Positions 13,053 to 27,513 of a DNA stretch of 64,000 nucleotides are shown piece by piece. This stretch comes from Octopus vulgaris (lineage: Eukaryota): positions 63,612,001 through 63,676,000 of the forward strand of contig OX597822.1 in the NCBI GenBank assembly GCA_951406725.2, given 5' to 3'. The notes below the pieces were generated by a model. The model was given only the letters and a program-made list of their open reading frames with translations, did no database searches and had not been told where the DNA came from. Within the stretch, counting starts at the first letter, position 1, and every line of letters starts with the position of its first letter. A program made the position numbers and the translations under genes.

Positions 13053-15877
13053 GTATGTAACTTGTTATTGGTAATCTCTGAAGTAGTGCATGTGAGCTAT
13101 TCATCATTATCATCATCATCATCATCATTTAACATCCGTTTTTCCATGCTGGCATGGGTTGGACGGTTTGACAAAGGCTGGCAAGCCGAGGGGGCTGTAA
13201 GTAGAAGACATTTGCCCAAGGTGCCACGCAGTGGGACTGAACTTGGAACCACACAGCCATGAAAGGAATGCCATCTACAAATTGTTGTTGTCTTCATTAT
13301 TGTTGTCACCACCATCTTTGTTATTAGCATCATCATTGTCACCAAAAAAATTGCCAAAAAAATTCCCTGAATCATTTGATCTGCTTGGAAGAGCAGGCAA
13401 ATCACACCGTACCATCTTAAAAATAGGGACACTTTGGAAATTGTATTTCTGAAAGAAAGGCAGGCTGGTCACAGCTGGTATGACTTTGAATGTAGGTTTG
13501 CTTGATCAGGGCTGACCAGGAGCTATGATTGAGCAGCTCTATGTTCAAAGGTGTTCAAGCTATCTATGACCATCTCATCCTTTTTCAGGCATAGTGTATC
13601 TTAGACTACATCTTCCATTGTGTCCTCCCCCGTTTAAGATTGTAGGTTACAAACTGAGGAAGATTTGGCTACTATTTTTAGCATGTTGTTCACCTGCACG
13701 GAAGAATTCATAAGAATGTACAGAAAATCTTGTTAATATGGTTGGGTTAACATTTTTTTTTGTTCTCCATTTTCAACTCTATTATGCATTTTATTAGTGA
13801 CTTTCCTTTGTTGATCACTCGCTCACTCAAACCATGGTTCAGTCACCCTCAAGTTATCTTCAACACTCTTCATTTCAGTTACACTCATTGAGAAGAACCT
13901 AACTAGAAAGGTTGTAATGTACTTGCTTTCCACTAAGAGTAGAAGTAAAGTGCAACAGCTCTTACTGGGAAATTAAACAAGGTCACAAAGAAACTTATCT
14001 TGCTTTACTGCACACTAGCAACACATATATAATGTTTTTATTGTTCTCTTCGGCAGCAATGTATAATTTATTGCACAAAACTGCACCGTCTGAGTCAATA
14101 TGCAGCAATGCAATTCCTTGGAATGCTATTTGTAATGCAACAGTAAACTGCAGATAGCTGGGAAACTGCAGAATATCCAGTTAATGCATTATTTTAACAG
14201 CCACTGCTGCATTCTTGTTGTCTAGCTTTCAGAATTCCAGTTGATTTAATGATAACTATTGTACCCAGGTGGGGGTTGTTAATGTTGTACTGTGAAGACA
14301 AGATCCTGGCAAGCTTTGTCAGCAACTCGGATTTCATTCTTGGCTAAAGCAACTTCATTTCACTTGTATTGCTATTACTTTGGAGCTGGGATGGAAGAGT
14401 TCTTAGCCCTCATTGCGCTGAGTAACTTTTTACTGGTGATCTAACATGCTAATTATATGCAAATCTCTTCTAGCAACCTCTTTCTATTGGGCAGTAAAAA
14501 CAAATGTGTGTAATATGTCATATGAAATATGGAGAATTTTGGCAAGTGCCCTACTGCTGAAAATGAGTCTCAAGTGTACATGCATGGAACTGAGTATACT
14601 CGGTTCCTACTCAGTAAAGTATAAGCTGGGAATTCTTTAAGTTGTGGGGTTTGAACTGCAAATTCTTAAGAATCTGCATTAGGTTCGTCTGTGCTGAGAA
14701 AAATAAGGAATCTTTAGTTTTACAAATTTATAGGTTTGCAATGTTTTTGTTGCAAATCTATGAATTGACTGTTTTGCTCATATGGCTTAAACCATTTCTT
14801 TTTAGTGCAGGTCTATGGGGACTTTTTCAGTAGGCTGTTTCAATTTTTATTCATCATCATCATCATCATCAATATGTTTTCCATGCTGGCATGTGTTGGG
14901 CAGTTTGACAGGTGTCTGCTAGCCAGAGGAAGGCATCAGACTCCAGTGTCAGCTTTGACATGGTTTCAATGACTGGATCCTTTTCTAATACCAACAGAGT
15001 CTTTTGGGTACAGCACTAGTGAAGTTACCTTGTAAATTGCAAGACAAAACCCCACAACTTAGGGATGTGGTGTGTAGTATTTAGGGAGGCAGTTTTATGT
15101 CAGGTATTGAGAGGTTAAAGCATGATGGAGCACGGGAACAGGTGTCTGATTATGGTTAACATCTTCACTCATGAACAACAAGTGTTCCTCATCCCTGTAT
15201 TAATTGCAAACATGAGCATCGCAACATGCATTTCTTTGCTTTTGTTTACTTTCCCTTCAGAGAAATAGTCCTAATGTCACTTGACTTGTTGAATATAACA
15301 ATCAATTTTCTTTCAAAAACCTCCTTACCATATATGAAATTGGGAGCACATGTTTGAAGCCTTAGGACAGCATGTCCTAATATATAAAAGCAAAAGGATC
15401 CACGCTTACATATGTTAATCGAAGCTCCACTCCATAGATTTTCCCGAGTTTAAAATAATTTACCTTTTATTGTTTTTACTTATAGCTAAGTAAATTATGT
15501 AGTCTATTGTTGATGGTGTTTGGCTCCCAATCATAAGATCGTAGGGTTTCATTCCTGGGCTGAGCAATGCATTGTGCTCTTGAGTAAGACACTTCATTTG
15601 ATGTTGCTACCGGCTACTCAGTTGAAAACGAGAACCAGCTGAGTGCTGATGTTGACCTCTCTCGCTCCAGCTGTCACAGCTTCATTGTTCCACTAGATCA
15701 AAGATGGGAGGACAGTGAGTGTCTGTCTGCTTGAAATTACATAAACACTTAAAAACGGTTAGCAAAAGCATGGTGTTTCTTTATTATTTATTTGATTTAG
15801 TTATTGGACTGTGGCTTTGCTGGGGCATTACCTTGAAGGCTTTAGTCACAGAAATTGACCCCACTACTTATTTTTAA

Positions 15878-16220
15878 TCATCATCATCATCATCATCATC
15901 ATCGTTTAACGTCCGTTTTCCGTGCTAGCACAGGTTGGACGGTTCGACCGGGGTCTGGGAAGCCAGCAGGCTGCACCAGGCTCCAGTTTGATCTGGCAGT
16001 GTTTCTACAGCTGGATGCCCTTCCTAACGCCAACCACTCTGTGAGTGTAGTGGGTGCTTTTTATGTGCCAGAGGAGGCTGGCAGCAGCCACAATTGGTTA
16101 GTGCTTTTTTACGTGCCACCTGCATGGAAGCCAGTCAAGGCGGCGCTTGCATCGGCCACGTTTGGATGGTGCTTTTTACGTACCACTGGCACAGGTATCA
16201 CAACTACAATTTCCATTTGG
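15878..16220 (-). mobile_element. RTE-related short retroposon, family D (other copies ~1-230, 11313-11604, 35195-35412, 39170-39500, 41283-41550, 44880-45400)
   Basis: Sense strand carries ttggcgttaggaagggcatccagc (RTE 5'-like motif) and ends catggaaaacggacgttaaac(gat)n. Confidence 0.75.
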
Positions 16221-16953
16221 TATTTATTTAATCTTTTAAAAATCTGGTACTTGTTCTATAAGTCATATTTGCCAAACTGCTGAAAAGCAAGGGAACTACT
16301 GGAACAAAATAGAACATTCTCTAATATGGGGTGATATTCCAGCAAGTTGATAGGTTAATATTCAGGTCATGTTGCCAAACCTACATGTGATGTGATTCTT
16401 GTTACTAAAGCTGTAAGGTTTTGATTCTAGGCCTTGCTACAGGTGCCTCCATTTTATCCACACTCACCAGCTTGAGTTTCAGCTCTGCCAACTGGGAAGT
16501 AACTGAATCTAAGAAGTTCAAATATTGTATCCGTTTACAAAATAAAATTTAGTGGTTTTATTATTTTTTTCTTTTTTTGTGGGTGATAGTGGTGGAGATA
16601 GTGAAATTTTTACTTTTTTTACCAAGTAGTATGAAATGCATGTTAGTGTATCTGAGGTGTGTGTATGTATTAGGCAAGCTACAAGTAATGCAACAAACAA
16701 AATTAATTAAAAAAAAAGACAGGCATGACTGTGTAGTTAAGAAGCTTGCTTAGCAGCCACATAGTTTTAGGTTCAATCCCACTGTGTGGCACCTTGGGGC
16801 AAGAGTCTTTTATAATAACACTGAGCCAACCAATGCCTTGTGAGTGGATTTAGTTGACAGAAACTGCATACAAGCCCATTTGTGTGTGTATGTGTTTGTG
16901 TGTGTACATACATACATGCAATCATGCATGCATGAACACACGCATGCATGCAT

Positions 16954-16988
<35 letters not shown>

Positions 16989-18339
16989 TACATAGCATAC
17001 ATACATACATACATACATACATACATGTAAAGTAAGGTAAGGTAAAGACCCCCTTCGGTCATGAATAACCATGGGATTGCACCTAGAAAGTTACTCTCTG
17101 GGGCACAAATCTGGTCAAGATTGTTTATGGAAGACCAGCAGTCGCCCATGCATGCCAGCCTACACTTTCCACTCCACTAATGTTATCCAAGGGAAAGGCA
17201 AAGGCTGATTCAGCTTGGCACCAGTAATGCCGCAACTCATCTCTAAGGCTGAGTAAACTGGAGTAACATGAAATAAAGTGACTTGCTCAAGAACACAACA
17301 CAGTTTGGTCTGGGAAATCGAACTCACTACCTCGTTATTGTGAGCCTGACACTCTAAACACTGAGCCCATGTGCCTTCACACATAGTGTGTGTCTTTGTA
17401 TTTGTCTCCTCCTACATCCTGCCTAATGACTGGTATTGATTTGTCAATGTCTGTGTAACTTAATGATTTGGCAATAGAGATTGATAGAGTAAGTAATAGA
17501 TTTAAAATCAAGTTGATTTGTTTGGTTGAACTCTTTAAGGCATTGCCTCAACCATTGACTAGAACTAGCCAAAGATAAAAGACATACAAACCAACAATAC
17601 TCGAAAGAAAGGTTCATTTGCAACCTGGATACCTGAATTCTTGCCTGTTTATTTGTAGTGTTTATTTTATTAAGGAGATAAAGACGACAATTCTATTAAA
17701 TTAATCATATCTATTGTGTTTCTGTAAACAGAAATTGTCAGCCTTGATAAGTAAAAGGTTTTGCTGAGAACTGGAACACCTTAGCATAATAAAAGAAAGA
17801 GAAAAAAAAAAAAGAAAGAATAAATTGACAAAGATCATTATAAATCTGTCTGTCTGCCTATCTATCTGCCTGCTAGCCTGTCTGCCTCTCTGCCACTCAC
17901 TCTCTGTCTGTCTGTTTATATAATTAGAAGTGCATTTGGCATTTAATATTACTTGCCAGGGGTGGTGGGATCCATTGAAATTCTGTGTCATATGTATTCT
18001 CTTACTTTTATTTGATGTTTAAATCTATATACCTCCATAGCATCACTTCATTATGTTAAAGATTTTTATGTTAATAACACCAGACAATGGATTGAGGTGA
18101 TTGAAAAGTTAGGATTTAGATAACTTGTAGTGTTAATAACAATATAACAAATTCTGGACTCCTTGAGCTTCAAATGGATCTGTAAGTTTATTCATTGTAC
18201 AGCTTGGCTAATGACTAAGATTAGTTGTTTCTTTCAAATCTGTCAATGATACCCTTTGACCTTGCAGTATATATATTGACTAAATAATGTGGTCTGACTG
18301 TTAGGATCATGTATTCCCTATGGAAGTCCCTCTGGTTCT

Positions 18340-19070
18340 CTACCTCCTGGAAGACAAAATTCTGCATCTACAATGCATTGGTCCTCTCTATTCTCTTCTA
18401 TGGAGTAGAAATGTGGCTCCTCTCGAAAACCCAGTCATAGAGGAATGACAGCTTTGATAGCAAAACCCTGAGAACCAATGAAAATATCAGATGATACCAT
18501 CATGTTTCCAACAAAGAACTGCATGCAAGGATACATCAGCTTGCTGCTACCCACCTCATAGCTATCCATCATATGTGGCCGTTCAAGAACTTGGACCTGG
18601 AGATCTCCATTTCCAATGACTTTGAGGGCCACCTCCCAGTGGTGTCAACGAAGAGCCCTCGACTACAACAAGACAATCAAAGTTTTTTTTCTTCCAAGAT
18701 CTGGGGTCTCCCGCCCCTAAGCCCTAGACTATCACCTAATCACCCTTACCTGTCTTGTTGCTTAACAACAACATCACATGTGCTGGTACAGACATGTCCT
18801 CCATCTCCCACTAGATCATCCTACCAGGGATTTACTCTCATTCAACACAGTAACTGCAGGTTGGTAGAGGCCTTGTGGCAGACTCTGCACCAGATGGCTG
18901 AACATGGTTGGGGAAAATCTGCAGTGGCTCAACATTACTCTGGAGGATGCAGAGCGGCTGGCACTGGACTGCCAGCCATAGAGAGCCCTGGTGGACCTGG
19001 TCAGCTCTATGCATGATGATGTCTCTGGGACCATTAACTTGGAACAACCCAAGCCACATGAAGCAAGAGC
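18340..19070 (+). mobile_element. Decayed RTE LINE 3' fragment
   Basis: KTKFCIYNALVLSILFYGVEMW...HVSNKEL...CWYRHVLHLPLDHPTR...GW*RPCGRLCTRWLNMVGENLQWLNITLEDAERLALDCQP*RALV. Confidence 0.8.
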
Positions 19071-19146
19071 ATGAAGCCAAAAAGCCAAATAATGTTGAAA
19101 CAAGCTCTACAGATTTAAGAATGGTACTGAAGATACATTTGTGATA

Positions 19147-19663
19147 ACTGTAGAACTCTTGTAGAACTCGAGTATAATCCGCATTTTTTCCCCAAAATTT
19201 AAAGGTCAAAATCCCTAGTGCACACTATATACGAAGTTAAAAATGAAAAATATTTTCTAAGCAATGTCTGAGTTTCTATTTGCTGTCCAGACGCATTTTG
19301 TGATGTCGGGCGCAAAAATACCTTAAGCTAAGCCTGAAAGCAATGCAGTCATAAAAGAATCATCCATAACTTGCAGTAAGCAACATTTATTAGAATAAAA
19401 GTATTCAAAACACAGAATAATATGTAAAAAAAACAATTTGCAAACATATTTACATTTCCATATAACAGTTAAGAACATCACCATTATTGTATTACGCATG
19501 TGCGGAAGTGTTTGTTCGACTAGGTGCTGCTGGCTTATTACACACGACTCAAGTTAGAGAAGGGGTGCATATTATACACAAGGTTTAGATTTTTCAGAGG
19601 TACAGCCCCTAAAAATCCCCTGTGTATTATACTCAAGGGCGGACTATACTCATGGATTTACGG
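19147..19663. mobile_element. Tc1/mariner-superfamily (Tc2/pogo-like) MITE
   Basis: Imperfect TIRs ctcgagtataatccgc ... gcggactatactcatggatttacgg|ta; the left end is degraded with a small duplication. Confidence 0.6.
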
Positions 19664-20166
19664 TAAATAAAATTCCCACTTTTTGCCCTGGGGAACATTT
19701 TCGCCCTTTGCTCTAGCACAAAAGTTCACGGATGTGTAAAGAGATGATATAAAGTAAGTATATTACGTGTAGCACAAAAAATTTGCAGAAGTGTGGAAAG
19801 ATAATGAAAGATAAGGAAATAGAATACCTTCCCTGTTGTCTTAATCTTTGCTGTCCCAGGAAGGTAAAAGTGCTTACCTTGTAAGAAGTGATATTATTTT
19901 TTTTTTAAATGAAGTCATGAAAGAACAGATGTGTTTTGAAATGAGACTAAAATAAATAGTGGATAATAGATTGCTAGTTAGATAACATGATATAGCATTC
20001 AATGTAATGGAAGTGTGTTGAATCATTGTGGAATTGTGCAAAAAGAAAAATATGCAAGCCATTGGTACACATCCTCCTCCTCCTCCTCATCTCATTGTTT
20101 TCCTCCTCATCATTGTCTTCATTATCATCCTCCTCCTTCTCTCCATCATCATAATCATTGTTGTCG

Positions 20167-20351
20167 TCTGTGGCCATGCTGGAGCACCGCTTTTAGTTGA
20201 GCAAGTCGATGCCAGGACTTATTCTTTCTAAGTGTAGTACTTATTCTATCGGTCTCTTTTTGCCAAACCGCTAAGTTACGGGGACGTAAACACACCAGCA
20301 TCGACTGTCAAGCGATGTTGGGGGGATAAACACAGACACACAAACATTTAT

Positions 20352-20382
<31 letters not shown>

Positions 20383-20550
20383 CATATACATGACGGGCTT
20401 CTTTCAGTTTCCGTCTGCCAAATCCGCTCACAAAGCTTTGGTCGGCCTGAAGCTATAGTAGAAGACACTTGCCCAAGGTGTCATGCAGTGGGAATGAACC
20501 CAGAACCATGTGGTTCATAAGCAAGCTACTTACCACATAGCCACTTCTAC
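20167..20550 (-). mobile_element. SINE family A
   Basis: Near full-length reverse-complement match. Confidence 0.85.
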
Positions 20551-20940
20551 ATTATGTCTTTGATATTGGTGCTTATTGGTACTTCTATGAGCTTTGTTGA
20601 AGTTAATTATTGTTCTGTAGTTTGGGTGCTTTTTATTTTATCAAGGCAATTATTATTGCAAATTCTTTTTTTCTCATTACATACCATAGAGCTATTGTTG
20701 TCCTGGAATGAAGTCATAATGTTTTAATTGGTATGTAAGAATGCAAACATAACATGTACACCTCTTCATATGCATACATTTTCCCATACTCTCATGTAGT
20801 TTTATGCACACATACACACTCAGTTGATACATATGCTATCCCCACTGTGAGAGTGTATATGTACATATATACAAACTATCATATAGATATACACATCCTC
20901 TCACACATGAATATACATTCCCAAATATATATATATATAT

Positions 20941-21154
20941 ACTCTTTTACTTGTTTCAGTCATTTGAATGTGGATATGCTGGAGCACCGCCTTTAGTCTA
21001 GCAAATGGACCCCTGGACTTATTCTTTATAGGCCTAGTTCTTATTCTATCAGTCTCTTTTGCCGAACCGCTAAGTTATGGTGATGTAAACACACCACCAT
21101 CGGTTGTCAAGTGATGTTGAGGGGACAAACACAGACACACAAACATATACACAC

Positions 21155-21227
<73 letters not shown>

Positions 21228-21397
21228 TATATATGACGGGCTTCTTTCAGTTTCTGTCTACCAAATCTGCTAACAAGGCTTTGGTCGGCCTGAGGCTATA
21301 GTAGAAGACACTTGCCCAAGGTGCCACGCAGTGGGACTGAACCTGGAACCATGTGGTTGGTAAGCAAGCTACTTACCACACAGTCACTCCTATGCCT
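20941..21397 (-). mobile_element. SINE family A
   Basis: Full-length reverse-complement match with expanded (TA)n. Confidence 0.9.
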
Positions 21398-22006
21398 ATA
21401 TATATATATATATAGACTCTACCACAGATGGGTATATAGTCAACCACATATACATAAATATTCTCCCACCCATGCATGCTTACATACATATTTTCCCCAC
21501 ACATGCTTATATAATCTCCCATACATGCATATACACTCTGCCATACATATTATACTCTCCTCACCACACGCACACACAACCCTCCCCTCTCACACAACCC
21601 CCTCACTCCGCCACCACATGTATGCTCATGTGCACACACACACATACATGTACTACCCCAAACATAAGCATATTCTTCTCTCCGTTATGTTAATCTAAGA
21701 TATATAACTATGTACTGATTTATAACCCCGTTTCCACTGTATTTACTGTTCAAAGGATTCCCACATGCATTCAAGATTTCAACTGTTATTACATACACTA
21801 AGATACTTTCATTACTTTTGAATAACTGTTTGAAAGACATATACGTATGCATATATATGTTTGAAGGAAAATTGCGGTGACCTCCAAACAAAAACTAAAC
21901 CACATATTTCTTGCCGGTTGAGCACATATGCTAACTATTATATTATGGTGTCGCTGCAAATTTTACATTCAAATTCAATCTTTTGTTTGATTCCTCTTTT
22001 TTTTTT

Positions 22007-22394
22007 TACTCTTTTACTTGTTTCAGTCATTTGACTGTGGCCATGCTGGAGCACCGCCTTTTAGTCGAGCAAATCGACCCCAGGACTTATTCTTTGTAAG
22101 CCTAGTACTTATTCTGTTGGTTTCTTTTGCTGAACCACTAAGTTACGGGGACATAAACACACCAGCATCAGTTGTCAAGGGATGTTGGGGGAACAAACAC
22201 AAACACACAAACATATATATATACATATATACGACAGGCTTCTTTCAGTTTCCATCTACCAAATCCACTCACAAGGCTTTGGTCGGCCCGAGGCTATAGT
22301 AGAAGACACTTGCCCAAGGTGCCACACAGTGGACTGAACCCAGAACCATGTGGTTGGTAAGCAAGCTACTTACCACACAGCCACTCCTGCACCT
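22007..22394 (-). mobile_element. SINE family A
   Basis: Full-length reverse-complement match. Confidence 0.9.
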
Positions 22395-23410
22395 TATATA
22401 CAAATTATAAAAAATAATTTTAAAGAATATTCAGTACAGTACTGTTTTTACTTGATGGATTTTCAAGAATTGCAGGGGATTTTGGAACGTAACACTTGCA
22501 ATAGTCGAGGGATTACTGTAACATTATTCACTCAAATCTGAGTCTCTATGAATCACTACTCAGAGTTTCTTACTCTTGATTCACAGATAACTGGCACTGG
22601 GTTTTCCTCATAGTTTTCCTCATTGTGGCCCTGTGGTTCTGGTCAGGTAATATTGAAAAAGAACTTAGCAAATGGCAGCAAGGCAAATGCAGTTTACTTA
22701 CATGATCTCTTGATTGTGTGGGGGGAAAGAAAAGAAAAAAGAGGATTTAGAATCCTATCAAAATTATTAAAATTTTCTAAAGATTTCTATAGATTTCAGC
22801 AGGACTGTATTAGGTGGTGCATTTTTATGTAAAATTATTGTTTCTGATGCTATTTTAAACTTAATTATGGAGTCATGAATGATGAATGATGAATTAAATT
22901 TTCAGGGTGGTGCTAAAATTGTAGTAATTGCTGTTTTTGTTGAGGAATTTTATTCATGTGGTATTTTTGTTGATGGATTCTTTCGTTCATCCGTGAGTTC
23001 GTGCTTTGTTGCCTAAATATATCTATATCAATGCATATACATAGGCACAGGTGTAGCTCTGTGGTAAGAAGTTTACTCTCTAACCACACGGTTCCAGGTT
23101 CAGTCCAACTGCGTGTTTATTGCTATAGCCTTGGGCTGACCAAAGCCTTGTGAGTGAATTTGGTATACAGAAACTGAAAGAAAAGCGGCGACTTGACAGA
23201 AACGTTAGCACGCCGGGCAAAATGTTTAGCGGTATTTTGTCTGCTGTTACGTTCTGAGTTCAAATTCCACCGCAGTCGACTTTGCCTTTCATCCTTTTGG
23301 GAACAATTTAAAGGGAATAATTAATGAATTTTTCCCTTATGAGGTTTTTCATGCTAACTACTTGATAATTTCTTATAAAGATTTTATTCTATTTTTAAAT
23401 GGTATATCTA

Positions 23411-23443
<33 letters not shown>

Positions 23444-24502
23444 GATGGGCTTCTTTCAGTTTCCGCCTACCAAATCCACTCACAAGGCTGTGGTCAGCCT
23501 GAGGCTATAGTAGAAAACACTTGCCCAAGGTGCCATGCAGTGGGACTGAACCCAGAACCATGTGGTTGGTAAGCAAGCTACTTATCACACAGCCACGCCT
23601 GCACATATTCAACTAGTCTATTCAACTTCATTGCTGTCTCAAGTCTTAGAACTCATGCACTCAGTTAACTGGTTTCCATGGCTTATAAGTGACTGAAACC
23701 AAAAAATTCCTGCTGAATTGGATGCCAGTCCATTGCAGGGTCATTCATTTACAGCTGAGTGGACTGGAACAGTGTGAAAAGAAGTGTTTTGCTCAAGAAC
23801 ACAAACGTAGCAGGAATTGAACCCACGATTATGCAACGATGAGTGCAACCCTCTAACCACTAGACCACATCTTCATAGTCTCATTACCAACAACCCTCAT
23901 ATAGCTGTCTCTGTCTGCCAGCCTGTCTGTCTGTATGTCTCTCTCTCTCCCTCTCTCCCATTACTCTTTCCTCTGTTGTTCCGACCACTATCTCTTTTAT
24001 CACTCATCTACCTTGCTTTTATCCAATCTCCTTACTAACACTCATTATTACCCTCTGTCTGCTTGCCTGCCTGTCTGTCTCTGCCTCCCCTCTCTCCATC
24101 TGCTTGTTATTATCACTGTAGTTCTCTTCTTATATTCTTTTTTCTGTCACTCTCTCCTTCACTGCAGGGGGTGGGGGAGGGTTCTCTTCCCATCCTGTTG
24201 TGGTAGGAAAGAAAGGAACAAACAACTGGAGACTATGAAGAGAGAAGGGAACTCTCTTTAGTTTTGGTTGGGTAGAGAAAGGGGCAGAACAACTTCTTTG
24301 GTGCTAGTGAATATAGGGAGACTGCATAGAGAGAATTCTTTAGTCTTGCTAGAAAGAAGACAAACTACTTTTGTGCTGGTGCCTTGACAAAAATGTACGC
24401 ATTACACTATGTAAAGCATAAGAGTACCCAACTGCAGAAATCATGCCAAAAATGTAACATCTGAGTGGGAGGAGATCCTTGGTGTATCTAGGAAGGCAAT
24501 AA

Positions 24503-24687
24503 CTCTTTTGCTTGTTTCAGTCATTTGACTGTGGCCATGCTGGAGCACCGCCTTTTAGTCGAGCAAATCGACCCCAGGACTTATTCTTTGTAAGCCTAGT
24601 ACTACTTATTCTATCGGTCTCTTTTGTTGCGGGGATGTAAACGCACCAGCATCGGTTGTCAAGCGATGTTGGGGAGACAGACACACA

Positions 24688-24723
<36 letters not shown>

Positions 24724-24905
24724 CATATATATACATATATATGATGGACTTCTTTCAGTTTCCGTATACCAAATCCACTCACAAGGCTTTGGTCGGCCAG
24801 AGGCTATAGCAGAAGACACTTGCCCAAGGTACCACACTGTGGTACTGACCCGGAGCCATGTGGTTCGTAAGCAAGCTACTTACCACACAGCCCCTCCTAC
24901 GCCTA
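24503..24905 (-). mobile_element. SINE family A
   Basis: Full-length reverse-complement match. Confidence 0.9.
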
Positions 24906-26104
24906 TAACTGTGAATAAACACTAACTCAAACTTTGATAATCTGTCAAACCCATGCCAAAGTCATATAGTAATATAGAGGCAGTTTTATAGATGAAAATA
25001 AAATTATTTATAAAACAATAAATCCTCTTGTTTTACTGGTAGAAAAATGATTTTTTTTTTGTTCATTTAAGTAATTTCATGAAGAAAATGATATTTTTAT
25101 TACTCTTTTGCTTGGTATCTATGATATTGTCAATTTATTTCCAAATGATTGCTTTTAAAGATTTGAAAATGTTAAATGTTTTTGTTTTTTTTTTGTTCTT
25201 TTTAATCATTTAAAAGATTCAACATGATTGAAATTTTGATGTTTTAATTTGATTGGAAAAGTGTGAATGTTTTAAGATAAAAAGGAGAAAATCATCATCA
25301 TCATCATCATGTCTTACAATATTTGTTTTTTGTTTAGAAAATGTCATTTCACTACAATCGTCTTTTACGTTGTTCTATGACCCAAGCTAAATCTGTCTTA
25401 TACTCCTGATGACTTTTCGATCAAAATATTTACTGAGAAATGACTATGGCATATGTTATCTTCTTTAAAAGCATTCTGTAATTCCGTTGTTTCTTTTGTG
25501 CATTATACAAAATGTTTTAAGAACTCCCAAATACCTTATCCCTTCCTGGCTTATTATTCTAAACCAACACAAAACATTTATTTCTGTCGCAGTACTATAA
25601 AGCTTTGTCATAATAGCTGACAGAAAAATCTTGTCTTCCTTTCATCCATAAACTTCAGTTCATTGCAATGAAGGTCGGCATTTTGAAATTCTGAGATTAC
25701 GTACTATTTCTATCTAGACTATTTCTGATGCTTGTTTATCCCATCTGTTGGGAAAAGATATTAGATAAAGCAAAGCAAGAACCATTTCTTATATATTACT
25801 CTTTTGGATTATATTCTTTCATCCATTTAGTGGAAATATTCTAGTGGTTTTAGAATCTTGGGAGTTTCTGAAAGCAAATGTGTCACCTTTATTGACTTTT
25901 CCTTTTAATTCATTAATAACCAAGTAAAGGTTGATGAGCATGTGTCTTGGGGATGGGATTGAGGATTGAAAGGTTACGGAATGAAGCTGTGTTGCTAGGC
26001 GAGAGACTTCTTAACTTCTCCTCGGGATGAAGCTGACTATAACGAAAGTACGATTTCATCTATCCTCTTTGATTTTCTATCTGCTTATGTTTGTTTGTGC
26101 GTAT

Positions 26105-26164
<60 letters not shown>

Positions 26165-26186
26165 TTTCATTTGTTGTATAAAGCAG

Positions 26187-26235
26187 TTGAAAGCAATCAG
26201 CCAGCACCTGAGGATGTCATTTTGGAACAAGAATG
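26187..26235 (+). CDS. Candidate plus-strand exon (V)ESNQPAPEDVILEQE(W); an alternative donor at 26274 gives LKAISQHLRMSFWNKNGMVAEANIPVIYN in another frame
   Basis: Tandem aag/cag acceptor after a (TG)n tract; donors atg|gtatgg and atg|gtatgc; unique sequence. Phase is compatible with the 13040-13052 piece. Frame is uncertain. Confidence 0.3.
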
Positions 26236-27086
26236 GTATGGTAGCAGAGGCAAATATTCCGGTTATTTATAATGGTATGCATATTTAAACTGTTGCTAAA
26301 TGAAGCAGTGGTCTTTGGCTGCTAATTCTAAATAGCAGAACAAAAATACTAATATATCTCATTATAATAGACTAGTTTGTTAAAAATAACAATGCTCTAA
26401 GTGCCTTCAACCATTATCAGGTGGTGAGCTGGCAGAATCGTTAGCACGCTAGGCAAGGTGCTTAGCGGCTTTTTATCTGTCTCTGTGTTCTGAGTTCCAA
26501 TTCTACTGAGGTTGACTTTGCCTTTCATTTATTCGGGGTCGATAAAATAAATACCAGTTAAGCACTGGGGTTAATTCAATTGACTTGCCCCACAGACACA
26601 TACACACAAAATTGCTAGCCTCGTACCAAAATTGAAACCATTATCCACTTGTTGTGCAAGTAATTTTGCCATTGGCCCCTGTATATTTATCTCAGCCTTC
26701 TTGTAAATGATCCAGGTTTTATTACGTATGGGTGTAAATAGGCAGAGCTTTTAGTTCCCAATCAAAATTTGGTTGAGGTATGGCCACTAGAACTTACCCA
26801 GGTCTAGTGGCTATACTTTATAGCCAGCTATAAACAGACTGGTTTAGTGAAACCTTTTAGTGACTCCCACCTCTTGCAGTTAAAACAATAAGAAAATAAC
26901 AGAGAAATAGATTAAAGTACTTGGTTTGTGAAGGAAAGATTTGCTGGCACTGTGTAGTGTAAGTAAGTGGCAACACAGTCACCTAGCAACATAGTTCACA
27001 TTCCAGTTGAGCCTGTTTCTCTTTTCTATCTCAAACTTGCTTATGATGTAAAATATTACTTCATGTTGCAAGTTTTAGCATCATGT

Positions 27087-27150
<64 letters not shown>

Positions 27151-27193
27151 TTATTTTTACTTGTTTCAGTCATTTGACTGTGGCCATGCTGGA

Positions 27194-27414
27194 GTACCAC
27201 CTTAAAAGGTTTTAGTCGAAGAAATTGACCCCCAGGTCGTGTTATTTGTAAGCCTAGTACTTATTGAATTTGGTCTCTTTTGCCGAACCGCTAAGTTACA
27301 GAGACATAAACACACCAGCATTGGTTGTGAAATGATGGCAGGGGGACAAACACATAGACACACATAAATATGTACATATATACACACACATATATACACA
27401 TACATATATATACC

Positions 27415-27446
<32 letters not shown>

Positions 27447-27475
27447 TACCTATATATATATGTATTATATATGTT

Positions 27476-27513
<38 letters not shown>

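Noticed and set aside
13995-14250. Minus-strand kinase-like words (AVAVKIMH, VALQIAFQGIALLH)
   Set aside because: No Gly-rich loop, HRD or DFG motif; a stop and a frameshift are needed; most likely chance.
17732-17793. Possible plus-strand terminal exon KLSALISKRFC* with AATAAA; similar lone minus-strand acceptors near 3792 and 36122
   Set aside because: Isolated splice-like signals without a supporting partner or homology; such motifs are common in AT-rich DNA.
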